Part shown: positions 12,720-27,237 of the stretch, piece after piece
How positions within the stretch are numbered: position 1 is the stretch's first letter
Layout: the number at the start of each line of letters is the position of its first letter
NCBI GenBank assembly: GCA_000165425.1
Contig: CT868396.1
Span: forward strand, 208,826-272,825
Reading direction: 5' to 3'
Length of the DNA stretch: 64,000 nt
From: Paramecium tetraurelia
Lineage: Eukaryota
Notes under the pieces: generated by a model
What the model saw: the letters and a program-made list of their open reading frames with translations, nothing else
Databases searched by the model: none
What the model was told of the DNA's origin: nothing
Translations under genes and position numbers: made by a program

Positions 12720-14463
12720 TTTGAAATATTCTTATTTGTATCCTATTGAAGTAGTAGCCATATTGAATCAAGCCTCATAGGCTTATTTAACTGTAAATAA
12801 CTCCAAAGAATTCAACTTATCCTATTGAATGTCTAAGGTGTAATTCTATTTGTGTAAATTATCAAATTTTCCTTGAGTTGATTGAGAAGATGTGACACCT
12901 ACATTAAATAGATCGATTAATTATGTTATTATTACATATACTTTTTGGAGGTTTAGGACAGATACCAATACCTATAATAATAACTGATAATGGTAAATAA
13001 GATGAAGCAATAATGTCATCGATAGATTTTAATGTGTCATCTGTTTGTCCGTCAGGTAAAATCAATAGTACAATATAGTTTTCACTTCCTTGGTTTTTCG
13101 TTGTTATGCCATCTATATTTCTTTATATAAAGCTGGAAGCTAATAGGTTTGGCCATCAAATTTCAATTTATGAACTTAATTATAGCATTCAATAATTCCA
13201 TCTAATATATAGACTCTAAAATAATTAGGATATTTAATCTGGAATATTTGGATTATCATTCAAAGGAAAGAAGGAAAGAGATCTTATGTTTGATTTGTGT
13301 TTTAATTCTATAATTTAGGTTTGTATCCAAAAACATAGAGCGGAGCCTTATAGTGTTGATCCTAATTAATCAATATTTCAGCCACACTAGAAATTGCTTG
13401 TAAGTATAAACTAGGAGGGTCATCTGAAGGAAGATTATGAAGTGATTTAGGATTTTAAGGATCTGCATTAGATGAAGTGAAACCAATAGCAATAATTAAA
13501 CTTAATTGCTATCCTCAAGCATAATAATAAATAAAGGTATAATGAGATTTTAATTAAAATCTATCAAATTATAAAGCCCTGGAGATTTATTAGTATTACA
13601 CTTATTTATGAGTTACTTTTAAAATATTTTAGTCACCTTGCTTGACCCAATTAATTCATTAATACAAAGGGTAGTTTCCACTAGATATTTGTGATTACCA
13701 GAGATTTTATAATTCCATAATTCAACTTTTATCTGCAATAAATATTTTCCGTTACATAGTTTCTATGCTTAACAAAGAAATTCCTTCCATTTTATTTAGT
13801 TTAAATCATTAAGATATACGTTTCATAAACCAATAAATTCCTTTCATCTTACTATCTTCGTCTATAAAATCTTAGAAAAGGAGAGCATTGTTCCAAAAAA
13901 GCCAAAGTTTATTCTCTTTTCTAATATGCCCTGGAACTGGAATAGAAAATTCATCGTTGCATTGTTTTATTTGATCTGCCTTGAGGATAACGTTTCCACT
14001 TTTCTTTCCTTATAAATTAAATAATTAAGCAATAAAAATTGAGTTTTTCGACCCTATTATTTCAATTACAGCTGTTTCTGCTTTAACAATTATCCATAAT
14101 AGCTTACATTAACACTTTTCATTAAGTTGAATTTATAAAATGATAAACTTCCATTTTTTAGATGTTACTAAACTTCAAAAAAATATTTAATCTTAAACGT
14201 TCTAACAAAATTTGGATTCAGGTTGTTCCAAATTACTTCGGTCTAATCAATTTTAATCCCTTAAGCTATTAAATGAAATAATGCAAAATTTATTGTTTCT
14301 TCTATAAATTACAGCTTATTTGAGATAGAGTTTTCAATTATCATAAATTCAAATATACCATATCACATAGGGATGCTAAATGTTGCTAAATCAAGATCAT
14401 CTAATTGTCTAATAGTTAAGTTTCTTTAGATTGAGTGCTATTCAAATTTTGGCTCATTAACAT
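12720..14463 (-). pseudogene. Copine (C2-C2-vWA) pseudogene
   Basis: TEVIWNNLNPNFVRTFKIKYFFEVQQHL; LSLIIAIGFTSSNADPQNPKSLH; YLQAISSVAEIL; LLILPDGQTDD...IIASSYLPLSVIIIGIG; frameshift at ~14155 followed by an in-frame TGA, and further shifts near 13930. Confidence 0.85.
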
Positions 14464-15042
14464 AATTTATAATCTAAGCATAAAGAATATTCTCATATAG
14501 AAAATTAAAAAGTATAGAATAATTGCGTATTACAAATTCATTTTATTTGTGTTCTCAATAGATCAAAACTCATGAAATTGTGCTTAGATCGAAGGATAAA
14601 CAACATAATTGTAGATTCTTTGAATTTCGATCAAGACATCTATATTTCAAGTAATTTAGTTTGTAATTTCATTAATCATTTAGAGATTAGATTTATTTCT
14701 TTAATTTTTGTCTAAATAACCTGTATTATTTTTTTAAAATACAATATATAAAAATAATTATATAAAAGTTTCTCAATTTATACTTTAATTCACAATTATT
14801 AATAATTGATGATGCTATTATATTCTTTGATAAAGATTATATTAGAAGAAAAGCAAATAAATTAATCAAAATGGATCATTGGAAAATTACATNNNNNNNN
14901 NNNNNNNNNNNNNNNNNNNNNNNNNNNNNNNNNNNNNNNNNNNNNNNNNNNNNNNNNNNNNNNNNNNNNNNNNNNNNNNNNNNNNNNNNNNNNNNNNNNN
15001 NNNNNNNNNNNNNNNNNNNNNNNNNNNNNNNNNNNNNNNNNN

Positions 15043-17455
15043 CAATCTTTAATTCAATACCTCTCTCCTCCTTTTTGAACATTGAAAAGGTTTATGATGC
15101 CTCATTTAAATTGATATTTTCTAACTCTAATTCGACAATAAATTGTTTTAATAAGAATTATCTCCAAACTTTATCAAAGGAAAAAATTAAGAAATTTAAA
15201 TCTAATTTAAAAAATGAATCATCTGTTGCTATAATTTCATCTAATGATAAGTTGGACATGCTATATGAAAAAATGGCTATATATAGCGAATTATTTTATT
15301 CGATTAAAATTGCTAGGTTAAACCTATTATTTTAGTACTTAACAGGATCATAAAATGAATAGTTCTAAAAAGTGTAATTTTATACCTCATGTAGTTCTTA
15401 ATCAATTAAATAATAAAGAATTAAGGATCTAGTTTAATTTTGTATTGAAAATATAGAGTAACATTTTTACATATTTAAAGCTAGAATAGAAATAATATAC
15501 GATTCTTAAAATTGAAAGCATCTGAAAACTTCTTTACTTTCAAATGCAACAATCTTTGAATATTGAATTAACTTTAGGTTTTTAGACTCAAAATAAAATA
15601 GAATAGGTTCAGGTTAATAAAGATTTTTTTATAGTTAATATCTTACAACTCGGTCAAAATTGATTTATATAATAAAAGGTAAACTCGAAGTATTCGTGTA
15701 AATAATTAAACTTGAATGAATTTTCTTAAAACTTGTAACCAATTCATTTATGTTTAAAATGAAATAAGAAAGGGAATCATCTGAAAACTAAATTCCTGTC
15801 AAATCATTATTATTACTTTTATTCACAAAATAATAGGCTATATCATATTCAAGTACATAATATTTATCTTAGTTTACTGACATCACTATTCTTTTTTTTT
15901 GGCAATCATAGATATAAAAATACGATTCATTTATGAAACTGATATGACCTTTTGCGATCTTTTTTAACTAAAACCTTTCTTGGGAATACAATTTATAAAG
16001 ATTTGCAAAACAAATGTCTTAGAAGTCATAATTGTTCTTGATACTTACTTTGAGATTACCTTCTTTATTATATATATTATAAGTATTATTTTTAAAGTAA
16101 TTCGGGTTTTTAGAATTCCAGAATATTTGCTACTTATTTTTACAATTATATTGAAATTTCATCAATTCAGTGAGCTATTTTTCTGTTTAAGTTTTGTTTT
16201 CGGATAACAATCTAAAACATTAGATAATCCCATCTCTTTTAAATAAATTTCCTTTTTCTATTATATAAATATACTATTATTTAGGTTCTATAAAAGTACT
16301 TAATGGTTAAAATTTATAAAATTATAACACATTTTTCTTCTAATCAAATTAGCAGAATAAATTATCAAAATCAAAAAATTACAACGAGGTGTTGCAAATT
16401 TGATATGTCTAATTAATCCGAATATTTATTAATACATTTAATTCAAATTAGTTTTATAGAAAAATAAGATTTTAATGAAGATGAATGTTATTTATTGAAT
16501 AATTTTAATTCAATAGGACCTCAGTTTATATTTAATCATGAATTATTGATAAATCATATTTATCTAATTCATTTACTAATATTATCTTTTAACATTTCTG
16601 ATTTAATAGCATTTTTTTAATTCGATATGGCAGCTTCGTAAATATGCAATCTACAATTTTCTTATCAAGCAAATGATAATACAAAATCACATAAAAATCA
16701 TTTTCTATCAGATAGATACAAATAGTCTAAGAATTCATTTCACAATAAACTACATCATCAATAAAAGTGAGCCCTGATAGTTAAGTCTAATATTCCATTT
16801 TGGCTTAAATTAAAGTAGCGGCTTCATTGTTCGTAATTAATATAACCTTCCATTTTGAACATTGATAAAATAACAATATTTATTAGTCTTAGACTTATTT
16901 AATTTATTTTTTTTTGCATTTATCCTCTATTTGTTCTGAAACATCATATTCGAAAATTAGATTCACATTGCCTTGAAAATCCAAAGAATATTATTTTAAA
17001 GTTGACTAACCAAGACAAAATAAACTTAAACTACCATTTTCATTTGTAAACAGTTCATAGCATGTTTCATCAGATGATATTTTTGTATCTATTCTAAATA
17101 ATTCATTATAATTAGTTTATTCCTCATACAAAATTAAGTCAAAACCCATACAAGTAATATAATATTCAAGATAAACGAACAAGGAGCACATCAACTTTAC
17201 TTGTATTTTATTCTGATTCTATGAATCGATGATTCTTATTAAAATAGGTTCGCTAGCATATGGAATTTAGAATAACTTTGTTACAATTTGAGTATTGATC
17301 TGTCTGAGATTTTAAAAATCTTCTTCATCTCCTTCCATAATACAACACTTGAATGAAAATTAGTAGCAAGTTATTTAATGTTGTTTTTGTAATTCAATGC
17401 ACTTTGAAGTTAAGTAGTTTACAAGGTATCCTAATACTATATATAAAACTTTCAT
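15043..17455 (-). CDS. Large Paramecium-type secreted/membrane protein (>800 aa; continues into the N-gap at 14893-15042)
   Basis: Intronless TGA-free frame from MKVLYIVLGYLVNYLTSKC (signal-peptide-like) to the gap; scattered Cys, beta-rich composition. Confidence 0.75.
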
Positions 17456-17999
17456 ATAATATAAGAAACAATAATATATTATATATGAATCATTTTCCGA
17501 ATACATTATTTATAATCTAATCTAATAAATTGGTTTGTTCCATTCAAATTTTTATCTCTAACCTTTAGCATTATTATATATACATCTAATTATTGTATAA
17601 AAAAATAATTGGAACTTTTTTAAGGCGTCCTGATTAACATTTAATAAATGTTCAAAATATTTTATATCTTGAACAATATCTCTAAGTTAAACTATTAATT
17701 TTTATCACTTAAAGTCTTCGTTTAACTTCAATGAATAAATTCAAATAAAGAAATTATTTTCTTATTCAAAGAATACTAAACTAAGATTAAATGAATGGAT
17801 ATTAAATAGCTGATGAAGTAAATTGAAAATTTGATGTTAATTGAAAAATATAAACTCTAGTATTTCAAATTAACATTTATTTTTATCAAAATCAACCATT
17901 TATGACTTGCTATATAAATTAATATATAATAAAATAAAAATTTCTTCTTATTTCTAATATTGATTAGATTTTTATTATTTTAAGGTTTAATTCCTTAAT

Positions 18000-19163
18000 G
18001 TTATAAGCAAGTATCCTCAAATTAATAATATTGATGATTTAATAAAATAATATTTTCTTATATCTCATAATACGAATGCACTGCAATTATCAAGAAATTC
18101 TTTGCATCCATGATAATGTTTTTAATCCTATAAATATTTTTATTTTAAAAATAATGCTGAAAACACAATTACTTTCGATGCATCCTCTGTTCTCTAAATT
18201 AATAGATCATCTTAGCTGCAATCAATTCTATACTCCACATTTAAGGTTCATTAGGAATTTTAAAACCCCTTGTTAAAATTGTCGATTTGTATTCTCTAAA
18301 TCCACCTATTTTTATTAGTGCTTCTACAAGACAACAGCAGCATAAAAAGGACTGGGACTTGTGAAAATAGCTCCTGTCCAATTTTCAATTCCATCAACTG
18401 TTGTCCCTAATTGAATATGACCATTAGGCGTTTTTATTTTTCCATATTTTGTTTATGCTCCAGATGGTTACAATCCAACATCAAGAATAGGTTTTAAACT
18501 TTTATATTAAGTTTCATGATAGCAATGAGAATATTATGTCTTGTTCTTAAATAATTTTTAATTATCAACACCTTTCACTTTTCTATATATCCTTATCATA
18601 TTATCATTCTCTGATCTTTAAATATGATCGACTAAGTTATCTCCTTTCAATTCATGATAACACTTTAAGATAGGATGTCACGAGCTTGTTCTGATCTATT
18701 ACTTTATGGAATTTGTTTTAGTCTCATCTACTTCCATAAATATTTTTGACATTTTCGTTAGCACCATAACTAATTAATAGCCCAATCACTTTTTCATGAC
18801 CATCATAGCTGGCCACATACAATGGCGTGCTATTCGTGTTTTTTTATTAATCTATATTACAAACAAGTACAAGTAAATATTCTACGCTCTTCAAGCAATA
18901 AATATCAGAAATTAGAGCTGCTTCATATAATCCATAACGTTCCATGTTTAATCTATAATAACCTTTCTAATTCTTAGCCTCAACATATCTATTAGCTTCC
19001 TTTGTTGAAATTTAATCAAATGCTAAAGTGGCTGCAATTCTTACTGTAATTTAAGGTGATAAAATTTTCTTTTTATCCCTTCTCTTGCTTCTCCAGAATT
19101 TTCAACTTATAAAATTGTTAATGGATGAAAAGTAAACTTACTCTATTTTATCTAATTAATCAT
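18000..19163 (-). pseudogene. Ankyrin repeat + NEURL4/PARP-like ADP-ribosyltransferase-fold pseudogene
   Basis: NSTPLYVASYDGHEKVIGLLISYGANENVKNIYG (ankyrin), then HCYHETQYKSLKPILDVGLQPSG...GHIQLGTTVDG..GAIFTSPSPF; interrupted by TGA and frameshifts. Ends approximate. Confidence 0.6.
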
Positions 19164-22100
19164 TTTTCAACCCCAATTGCAATCATTATGATGGTGATTT
19201 ATTGTTAATGAATCATACAACAGCAGTGAGATATATAAGACGGTAGTGATAATTTCTATTTGATTATATTTAATATTATTTTTTTTATCAAATTTAATAA
19301 CTATTGTTATAAAAATATTAGATTTATGCGAAAAATAGGCAGGAAAAACCACAATTAAATTTGTGTACTGAAAAACTCTCAAATCAATCTTCTGGCTTAA
19401 AATAAAATTTACTTATTCGGATATTTAGCTAATCAATCAATTATAAATATGATTTATAAAAAGAAAAATAATTTCCTTTTCTTTTTAGATGGAATGGATT
19501 AAGGTCCCCCGTTATATTGTCATTGGCCAGATCAAGGACTAGATTTTCTTAATATATTTCCTGTACCATTTCACAGTCTCTCTAACTTCGCCCTAAGGAG
19601 TTTACTCTTCTCTTCTCTATCTAAGTTAAGCAGACTTAGTAGATAGGTTTGCTTGCTTGAGCACTGCTTTTACCAAAGGTTTCTCCTGTAAAATATACCA
19701 AGAACACTATGGGTGTTTACTTGCTGAGAACATGATAATCCTATACAATCTAATTTATTATGTAATATAATTGATGGCATATCAAGGAGTTGATTTATAA
19801 TCCTATCTAGAGTCAATTTAATCTTGACTTTTATTTAACCTCTTATTCTGCTGATTTATTTTTGGTAAACATTGAATATGCTACTATGTACCATTCTCTA
19901 ACCTCTTGTAGATATCTGAAAGAGCGGTACCTATTTTTGTGTCATTATTTTTCCCGCTTATTTTTGATTTCCTAACATTCAAAACAAGTTTAAAGTTCAT
20001 CAGGTTACTAGGTAATCATTTCAATCCATAAAAGATAAATCTTAAGTGTTATATTTACAAAAATAATCAAGGATTTTATAAAAGTAAATTACATTAAAAT
20101 TGAAATTGTCTTTCACTTAATCATAGATTATTTAAGGTTCTCTTCTTTAACCAAAATAATACTTATTAATTAATTTTACAAGTGTCTTCCCTTTAAATTA
20201 AATACCCAATTTTATCACATGATTTCTGTTCTGCAGATCTTGGAAATAATTTATATTCTCTAATTAAGATCGTAGCTAATTTAATTATGATTGGTTTGAC
20301 TTTTAAAAATAATTTTTTTTAAATTTTGAATTATAATAATAGTTATTATCGCTTTTGGATTATGAATTTCTTTTAAAAGAGATATGAAGAAAATACATTG
20401 GTTATTTTATTATTATATTTCAAATATTATTATGACTATATTAAATTTATTATAAAAAAACCTCCAGGCTGAGAGATTACATCCAAGTGTAATTACTGAA
20501 GGCCAGAATAAGAATTTATACTCATACCATCATACACAATCTCAGAAGAAATTTACTAACCATCAGATCAACCCCTTTAAAATCTGTCCTTTTTAATAGA
20601 ATTCAACATGATTAAGCTCCTTGGGCTTTGAGCCTAAATCCAATCACTCACTGTAGACATCATCAGCCAAAAATTTCGCATAAGCCCATCAGGGTGATAC
20701 ACCAAAAGCCTCTCTGCTAACACTAGTATATTCCTAATTATATAATAGAATATCCCTCTTAGTTACATTTCTCTCTGCAGCCCACTATCGAATTAACTGC
20801 TCTCATATTTCAAGTGTCATTAATATCACTATTCCTTCATAGTGCTTGAGGATGACCTAAGATATATTGCAAGGAATTGCTTAACTCAGAGAAACTTATA
20901 CCCAAGAGGATTTCAACACCTTTTGTACTTGTGTTTTACTTTTTGGGTGTTTCATAACTCAATCTTAAAACCCAATAGAATCTCTTTGAATTTATTGTCA
21001 CAAGCAACTAATCTACTTTTATAAATCTTCAGAGGAGGAATGATTTGCAAAGATAACAAGGTTAACTCTTCTCTTTTCAGCCACAATCTATTATTAAAAT
21101 CTCTTAACTATTTTTTGGTGCTCCTTTATTATTATGAAACCTTATTTCTCATACCTAAGTGTTTGGGTTTAGAAGTTCAAGAATTCATTCAATTTTCTCT
21201 TTGAGATGGTTCTTTTCTTGGTAGCTAAAATTTAAAATCTAATAGGATATCTCCTGTTCCCTAATAATGCATCCTAAAACTTACATCCACTATTTTAGTT
21301 ATTATGATTATCACAGCCATATCCCATACACAGCTTGACTTTCCAGTTCACCGAAGGAATCAGTTGAGCATCCATATCCCTATGGTAGGCTTCTTTGATC
21401 ATCTAATTCTTCCTTCATGAGAACGACAATACGAAGATTTTCATTTCCTCTCATTAATTTAACATTCTTCTATCGAATCTATCTCTTAAACTGTTGAATT
21501 ATTAACACAATGAGAATCTATATTCGGCTTTTCTTCAACTCAAAAATCTAAATTATCTCTTAGTATTTATTTATTAAATATTTTATAAAGTTTTAAAAAT
21601 AGCATTTGTTCTTATAATGTAATCAAATTTTCAATTCTTTAGTAAATTTAATTGTTTTTATATTTTTATTATTTTATTTAAGTTATCTTTGTTTTTGTTT
21701 TTGATGTATTTTGTAACTTTCTTCTACTCTTTGTTCCTTAACTAAAATAAGAAGTCTAAGATTATTTTACCTCAAATACTTTATCGAGATAGATAATTTA
21801 CAACTAAATTTTACATAGAGAGCATGTTTCTTTTTCAGTTTAATAAGTCAATAAAATTCCTTCATATTGATATTTGTTGCAGCAGATTGAAATAAATAAC
21901 AATAATTTTCAAGCAGCAACTCTGTGGACTAAAAGTTACCTAAATGAAGATCTTTTTTATTTTTAAAAAAGAAGTTTAACCTTTATCATGCTTGTAGAAT
22001 AACTTATCCACGCTCTGCTGTATATTACATTACACTTTAAGTGAACTAATTTAATAATGTAATTCAAAAAAAATAAATTATATTTTCTGGTTAGAGTAAG

Positions 22101-22187
22101 AGTAAATAACTCAAAGTGGAGAAAATTGAAGGAAATGTGGGGCATGATTTTGACATGAAATTATGAGATAAGAACCAATTCATGGGA

Positions 22188-22235
22188 TTGGGGTTGGGGT
22201 TTGGGTTTGGGGTTGGGGTTGGGGTTGGGGTTGGG
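22188..22235 (+). repeat. Paramecium telomeric repeats (TTGGGG/TTTGGG, ~8 units)
   Basis: ttgggg ttgggg tttggg tttgggg ttgggg ttgggg ttgggg ttggg, 43 nt before an N-gap. Confidence 0.95.
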
Positions 22236-24853
22236 ACAGCAAACTTTGTCCCTTGTCCCTGTAACACTTCCGAAGCTCNNNNNNNNNNNNNNNNNNNNNN
22301 NNNNNNNNNNNNNNNNNNNNNNNNNNNNNNNNNNNNNNNNNNNNNNNNNNNNNNNNNNNNNNNNNNNNNNNNNNNNNNNNNNNNNNNNNNNNNNNNNNNN
22401 NNNNNNNNNNNNNNNNNNNNNNNNNNNNTCATTCTGTAGAATTTATAATTGCCGTCTAACTTCCAACCACATTTTAATCTACCACTTCAAACTACCCTTT
22501 TCAGAAATAATTACCCTATAAAAAATATAGCTCAAGAAAAAAATTCGAAAAAGTTTTAAAATCAATAGATTAGATGAAAATGAATTTGAATTAATGATTA
22601 GTTTATAATAATAATGTGTGATAAATCTAATAATTATATATTCAGTATGAGGCTAGTTCCCCTGAATAAGATATACCCATAGATGTCGATAAGGGGCTAA
22701 TTTATATGAAGTTTATTTTTTAATTTGAAATAGAAACCTAAAATAATCGAATGAAATAAAGATGTAAAAAATCAATAAAGAAGACATACTTTCAAAATTT
22801 AGAATGCGTAATTAAGAATGGATGAAAAACCAAAAAATGTGCAAATAAAATGGTTTTTAATTTTATAGGGCTAGACAAATAAATAAAAAGTTAAAGGATG
22901 TGTTATTAATATACTTTTATTTCTGATATTTATGACAGTTTTTTAGATATTTTTTTTAGTGGGACCTTCATATAATGGAGCAAATAATAGACTTATTTAT
23001 TTAATGCTAGGCATAGCCAATCTAATTTGCAAAAGAGAAAAAATATTATATCAATGTAAATTATTTCAGATACAATTATTTATACACTGGTGAAAAGAAA
23101 AATAATTCGAAAAGAAATATGATCTTTATTCAAGCTATTTCAAGAGAGAATGAAGATCAAAATTTCGTAATATTTTAATTAACAATTTCTATCTATTGGG
23201 CGTGAAAAGAGCAACTTATTTTCACCATTTAATAAAGTTATGTCTAAATTCGATTACTTTGACTGAATCCATCTTGATTTGAGGTTGATTAGTTTTTTAT
23301 CATTTCTACAATTAAAAATTTAATTAATTAATTAATTAATAATGTTGTTGCAATTACTTTGACATCAAAATTTGGTGTTATTATGAAATAGATTCTACTG
23401 CATGAAAGGAGATTGTAAATGTTGAAACAAAGAATCCTTTAAATAAAAATATTTGAATGATAAGTTGGCTGCAATTATAAGCTATAATCTTTAATGATAG
23501 TTACATTATCATGATTAAAAATTTCATAAAATGAACTTTTAAATAAAAAATTTGATTAGACAATCCTGCCAAAATAGATAACTTTTGATATCTCTCCAGG
23601 TCTTCTCAATCGAATTTAGCTATGTGCAGTACAGACGGTAATATATATGATCTATTTATTTTATAATTTGTCCTTCAGAGATATTTTCTTAAAATTGAGG
23701 CATTGTCTAAAATGAAAGAATATTAGCCTTTGTCAAATCTGCCGTTTGATAAATAGATTAACCTTAAAAGAAAATTTTGAAAATATGATCATCAATATTT
23801 GTTTTAAACACTAAAATAAAAAAATCCTTATCCAACTGCACCAATAATATATATTCTTTTTGTGATTGAAACAAAGTTTTGCATGAAACTTGTACCATAT
23901 AATACTAACCAGTAATGAGTATATTCTAAATGAAGAATTGATTAATTACCTGTATGTAGCGACTAGTTCATCTTTGCGAAGATGACTAATTACTGTTTGA
24001 GATCAAAAAATTTATTCCAAAATCTATTATTTATTTCAATTAAAATTTTATTAGTGTTAAACTAAATATCAAAATCTTTAGGCTTCTTAGGTCATTTAGA
24101 CATGCAGGTTCACTTTAAAAGTTTAGATGCAGATCCTAAGAAAGTAAAATTTTGCCCTACTAAATTAGAACAACTCTATATATATATAGAGAAATCTCAT
24201 ACTTAACGATAAATCATCAATACAGAGTTTTACGATTAATAATATAAAAAGTTCATTAATAATAAAAAAACATACCATTTGCTTTTATAGAAATTTCATC
24301 TTAAGTTTAAATGCATTTTACTCTTTCTATAGATTTTTTATCAGCCTTTTTTCCTAATATCAAGTTCTTAATCAATTATCTTATATTAGATATTGATGTT
24401 TTTGACCAACAACAATTTTTGAAATAGAAATTTCATTAGTATCAACAAAATGAAAATGGATTTGCGGCTAAATATAAATTAAACTCAAAATTTCATTTTG
24501 ACGTTTATATATCAATTCTTTACTAAGGTATAGAGAATTTGCAAAATTATTAAACTGGCAAAAGTGAGTAAAACTACTTTTATAAAAGTTAAAAGATTAT
24601 TGTTTAAGACTATTCTAAAGGTCTAAATAGAAAAATACAAATTCTGAAAGTTGAATATATCATATTTAACCCATAAATCATATAGCATTTCTATTAATTT
24701 ATAAATTGGTATTCTTTTAATAATTTATTAATGTCCTTATTTAGAAATAATATTCTGATTATATCTAAGTTGTATAGTTTAATCATTATCTAATTATTAT
24801 GCAATAAATTTTTTAATATAATTAATTTAGACCTAATTTTAAAGCAAAGAACT

Positions 24854-25540
24854 ATGTCAAAGTAGTTTGATTTGTAAGTTTATCCAAATATGCAATCTTT
24901 AAGAACCCAACCTAATAAATTGGAAAAAATTCTTAAAAATATTTAAAGTTAAAAAATTTTCAATCATAATGTTAACATTGAGAACAAAAGTTCTGATGAA
25001 TCATTTTCTTACTTAACTAAGAGAGTTTTGAATAAGGAATCACCATTATATAGTTTACCTAGTCAGCGAATACATTTATAAAACGATAACATTTTCAATG
25101 AATCTAATAAAAAGGTACTTTGCTATCAACTTCCAAAAATACAATAGAAGCTAAAGACATTAAGTAAAGCCAATTTTTCATAAGAGAGAATTTGTTAAAC
25201 TCTTCAGAATTCAGAATTGATTCCAATCACTAGAAGAAAAATTACTGATAGTGAAGAAATTTAATATCAAGATTAATTAAATATTAAGAAATTGAATGAG
25301 TAATTAGGCAATAAGTAAGATCGATAGAATCAGATTAGATGGAGAATTAATAAACATTCATATCCTGAAGTTTCTGAATTAAATGACCTTTCGAAGTAGA
25401 TAGATTTTATATATAAGAAAAATAATATCAATCCTGTAAAAATAAAGGCGAGTCAAAATTATTACAGTTCGAGAGATACCAAAAATTCTAATTAATCTAT
25501 AGAATTTTTAATTAAATTGCTAAAAGAGAGTAGAAAATGA
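24854..25540 (+). CDS. Hypothetical protein (228 aa, intronless)
   Basis: MSKQFDLQVYPNMQSLRTQPNK...LIKLLKESRK*; 687 nt, in frame. Confidence 0.7.
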
Positions 25541-25585
25541 AATTGTGTAAATTTCTTATTATATTAATTAATTTACAAAAGTTAA

Positions 25586-27066
25586 ATGATTGAGGACTAG
25601 AACTCGACTTCAGAATCTCAAGAGATTTTCGGATCATAAGCATTTGAAATCATAGATGTTGATATTTATAATAAATTTTAGAAAGTACCAAGATAACCTA
25701 GTCATAAAGAATATCTAATTAAAAAGTAATCATTTGGAAACAAATAAACAAAAAGATCAATCAGTGCAATAAAAGTCGATGATGTAATAAATGGCCTATG
25801 TTAAATTAGAACAAAATGAATATTAATAATGGTTAAGTGTTAAAAAAATCAAAGGATGATCATCCACTAACAAATTAGGAACAATTGGAATTTAAATTGA
25901 TTCAAGTGGAAATATCAGATTTCATCATAATAGAGCATTAATAAAATGGCAAAGAATATAAAATTTTGGACTAAAATGATTGGAAGAAAATAATCAAGTA
26001 GAAATCATTAACAGGATATATGATGCACGATATACATGTATCATTATTAACTTAAAATCTATTCTTTATTGAGAGGAGAGATATTTGGTTGTTATTTTGC
26101 GACATAGACTCGATAAAGTAAAAAATTCAATAGAAAAATTCCTCATTTTTTCAGTATTCTATCTAAGATAATAATTTTTCATCATAAATTGACAAGGATA
26201 TTCCAAGAGCATTGATGGGAAATAGATTCTTGAATTTAGTAAGCATATTATTAAACATAGCAAGAAAATCAAACTAGTTTAAAAAAAATATTGATGGCTT
26301 ATGCTAATTATGATCCTGAATTGGGTTATACATAAGGAATGAATATTATTGCAGCCAATTTACTAATCTGTTACGATTTGAAAACAAACGATGAAAAATT
26401 CTTAGAGGGTAAACCTCATTAATTATTTTAGATGTTGAAATCATAGATCCATCAAGAGATTAAAATGTGTTTTATCTTTTTATATACATTATGGTAGAAT
26501 TAAATTGGAGATCAGTTTTCATTCCTGGATTTCCGGGATTAATTAAAATGATGAAGGTTTTGGATTTAAAATTTAAAAGTGAATTGCCTAAATTATATGA
26601 ACACTTTTAAGAATCTAATGTAGATCTAAATGTGTGTTTCTAATAATAATATCTGTCCTTATTAATGTATGGAATTTCTTGGGAGATCAGTAGGATGATT
26701 TTCGATTTATTCCTTTTTGAAGGTGAATAGATTATTCACACTTTTCTGATTGGAATGTTAAAGTATTGTTAAGATAATCTTCTTAAAATGCGAACTTTTG
26801 AAGTAATGAAATGATTTAATCTTTAGGAAATTACGAAATTCTGCAAAAATGAAATGATAAGATAATTTTATGAGTTATTTTCAATAAAATTTGTAGGAAA
26901 CAAAGACTTTTCAACTATCCTATTAAATTTAGGCTTTATTAAAGTTTAGGGCGAAATAGTACCACCTCCTTAACCTTTGGCTTCTGTTAAACAAGTATTA
27001 AAAGAAAATAAGTTTGAGATATGGAAGGGAACCTTCCTTAAGAACTTTTTCCAAAAAAAGAAATGA
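25586..27066 (+). CDS. TBC-domain Rab GTPase-activating protein
   Basis: RRDIWLLFC; QIDKDIPR (arginine finger); LMAYANYDPELGYTQGMNIIAANLL (YxQ finger); RMIFDLFLFEG; about four tiny introns. Confidence 0.9.
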
Positions 27067-27237
27067 AAAAAACAATTAAAATTCATAATTAATTTTTCAA
27101 AACTCCTATCAAATATTTTTATAATTTGAGATTTACTCGTATTCATAGTAAATTATATAATATATAAGAAGTGAATATAAGTAAATATTTATAATATAAT
27201 ATTTTGCGCTTCAAAAAGTGAAATAATTAATTTAATT

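Noticed and set aside
14871..15335. + strand ORF across the gap
   Set aside because: Antisense to the much longer minus-strand ORF 15043-17455.
22236..22278. GC-rich sequence after the telomere repeats
   Set aside because: Adjacent to a gap with atypical composition; probably read-end or vector noise.
22091..22521. Gly/Val-Leu and Pro-Thr/Asn repeat ORFs
   Set aside because: Translations of telomeric repeats and Ns.
22641..22700. Weak hairpin / box C-D-like words
   Set aside because: Stems are too short and imperfect to support an ncRNA call.
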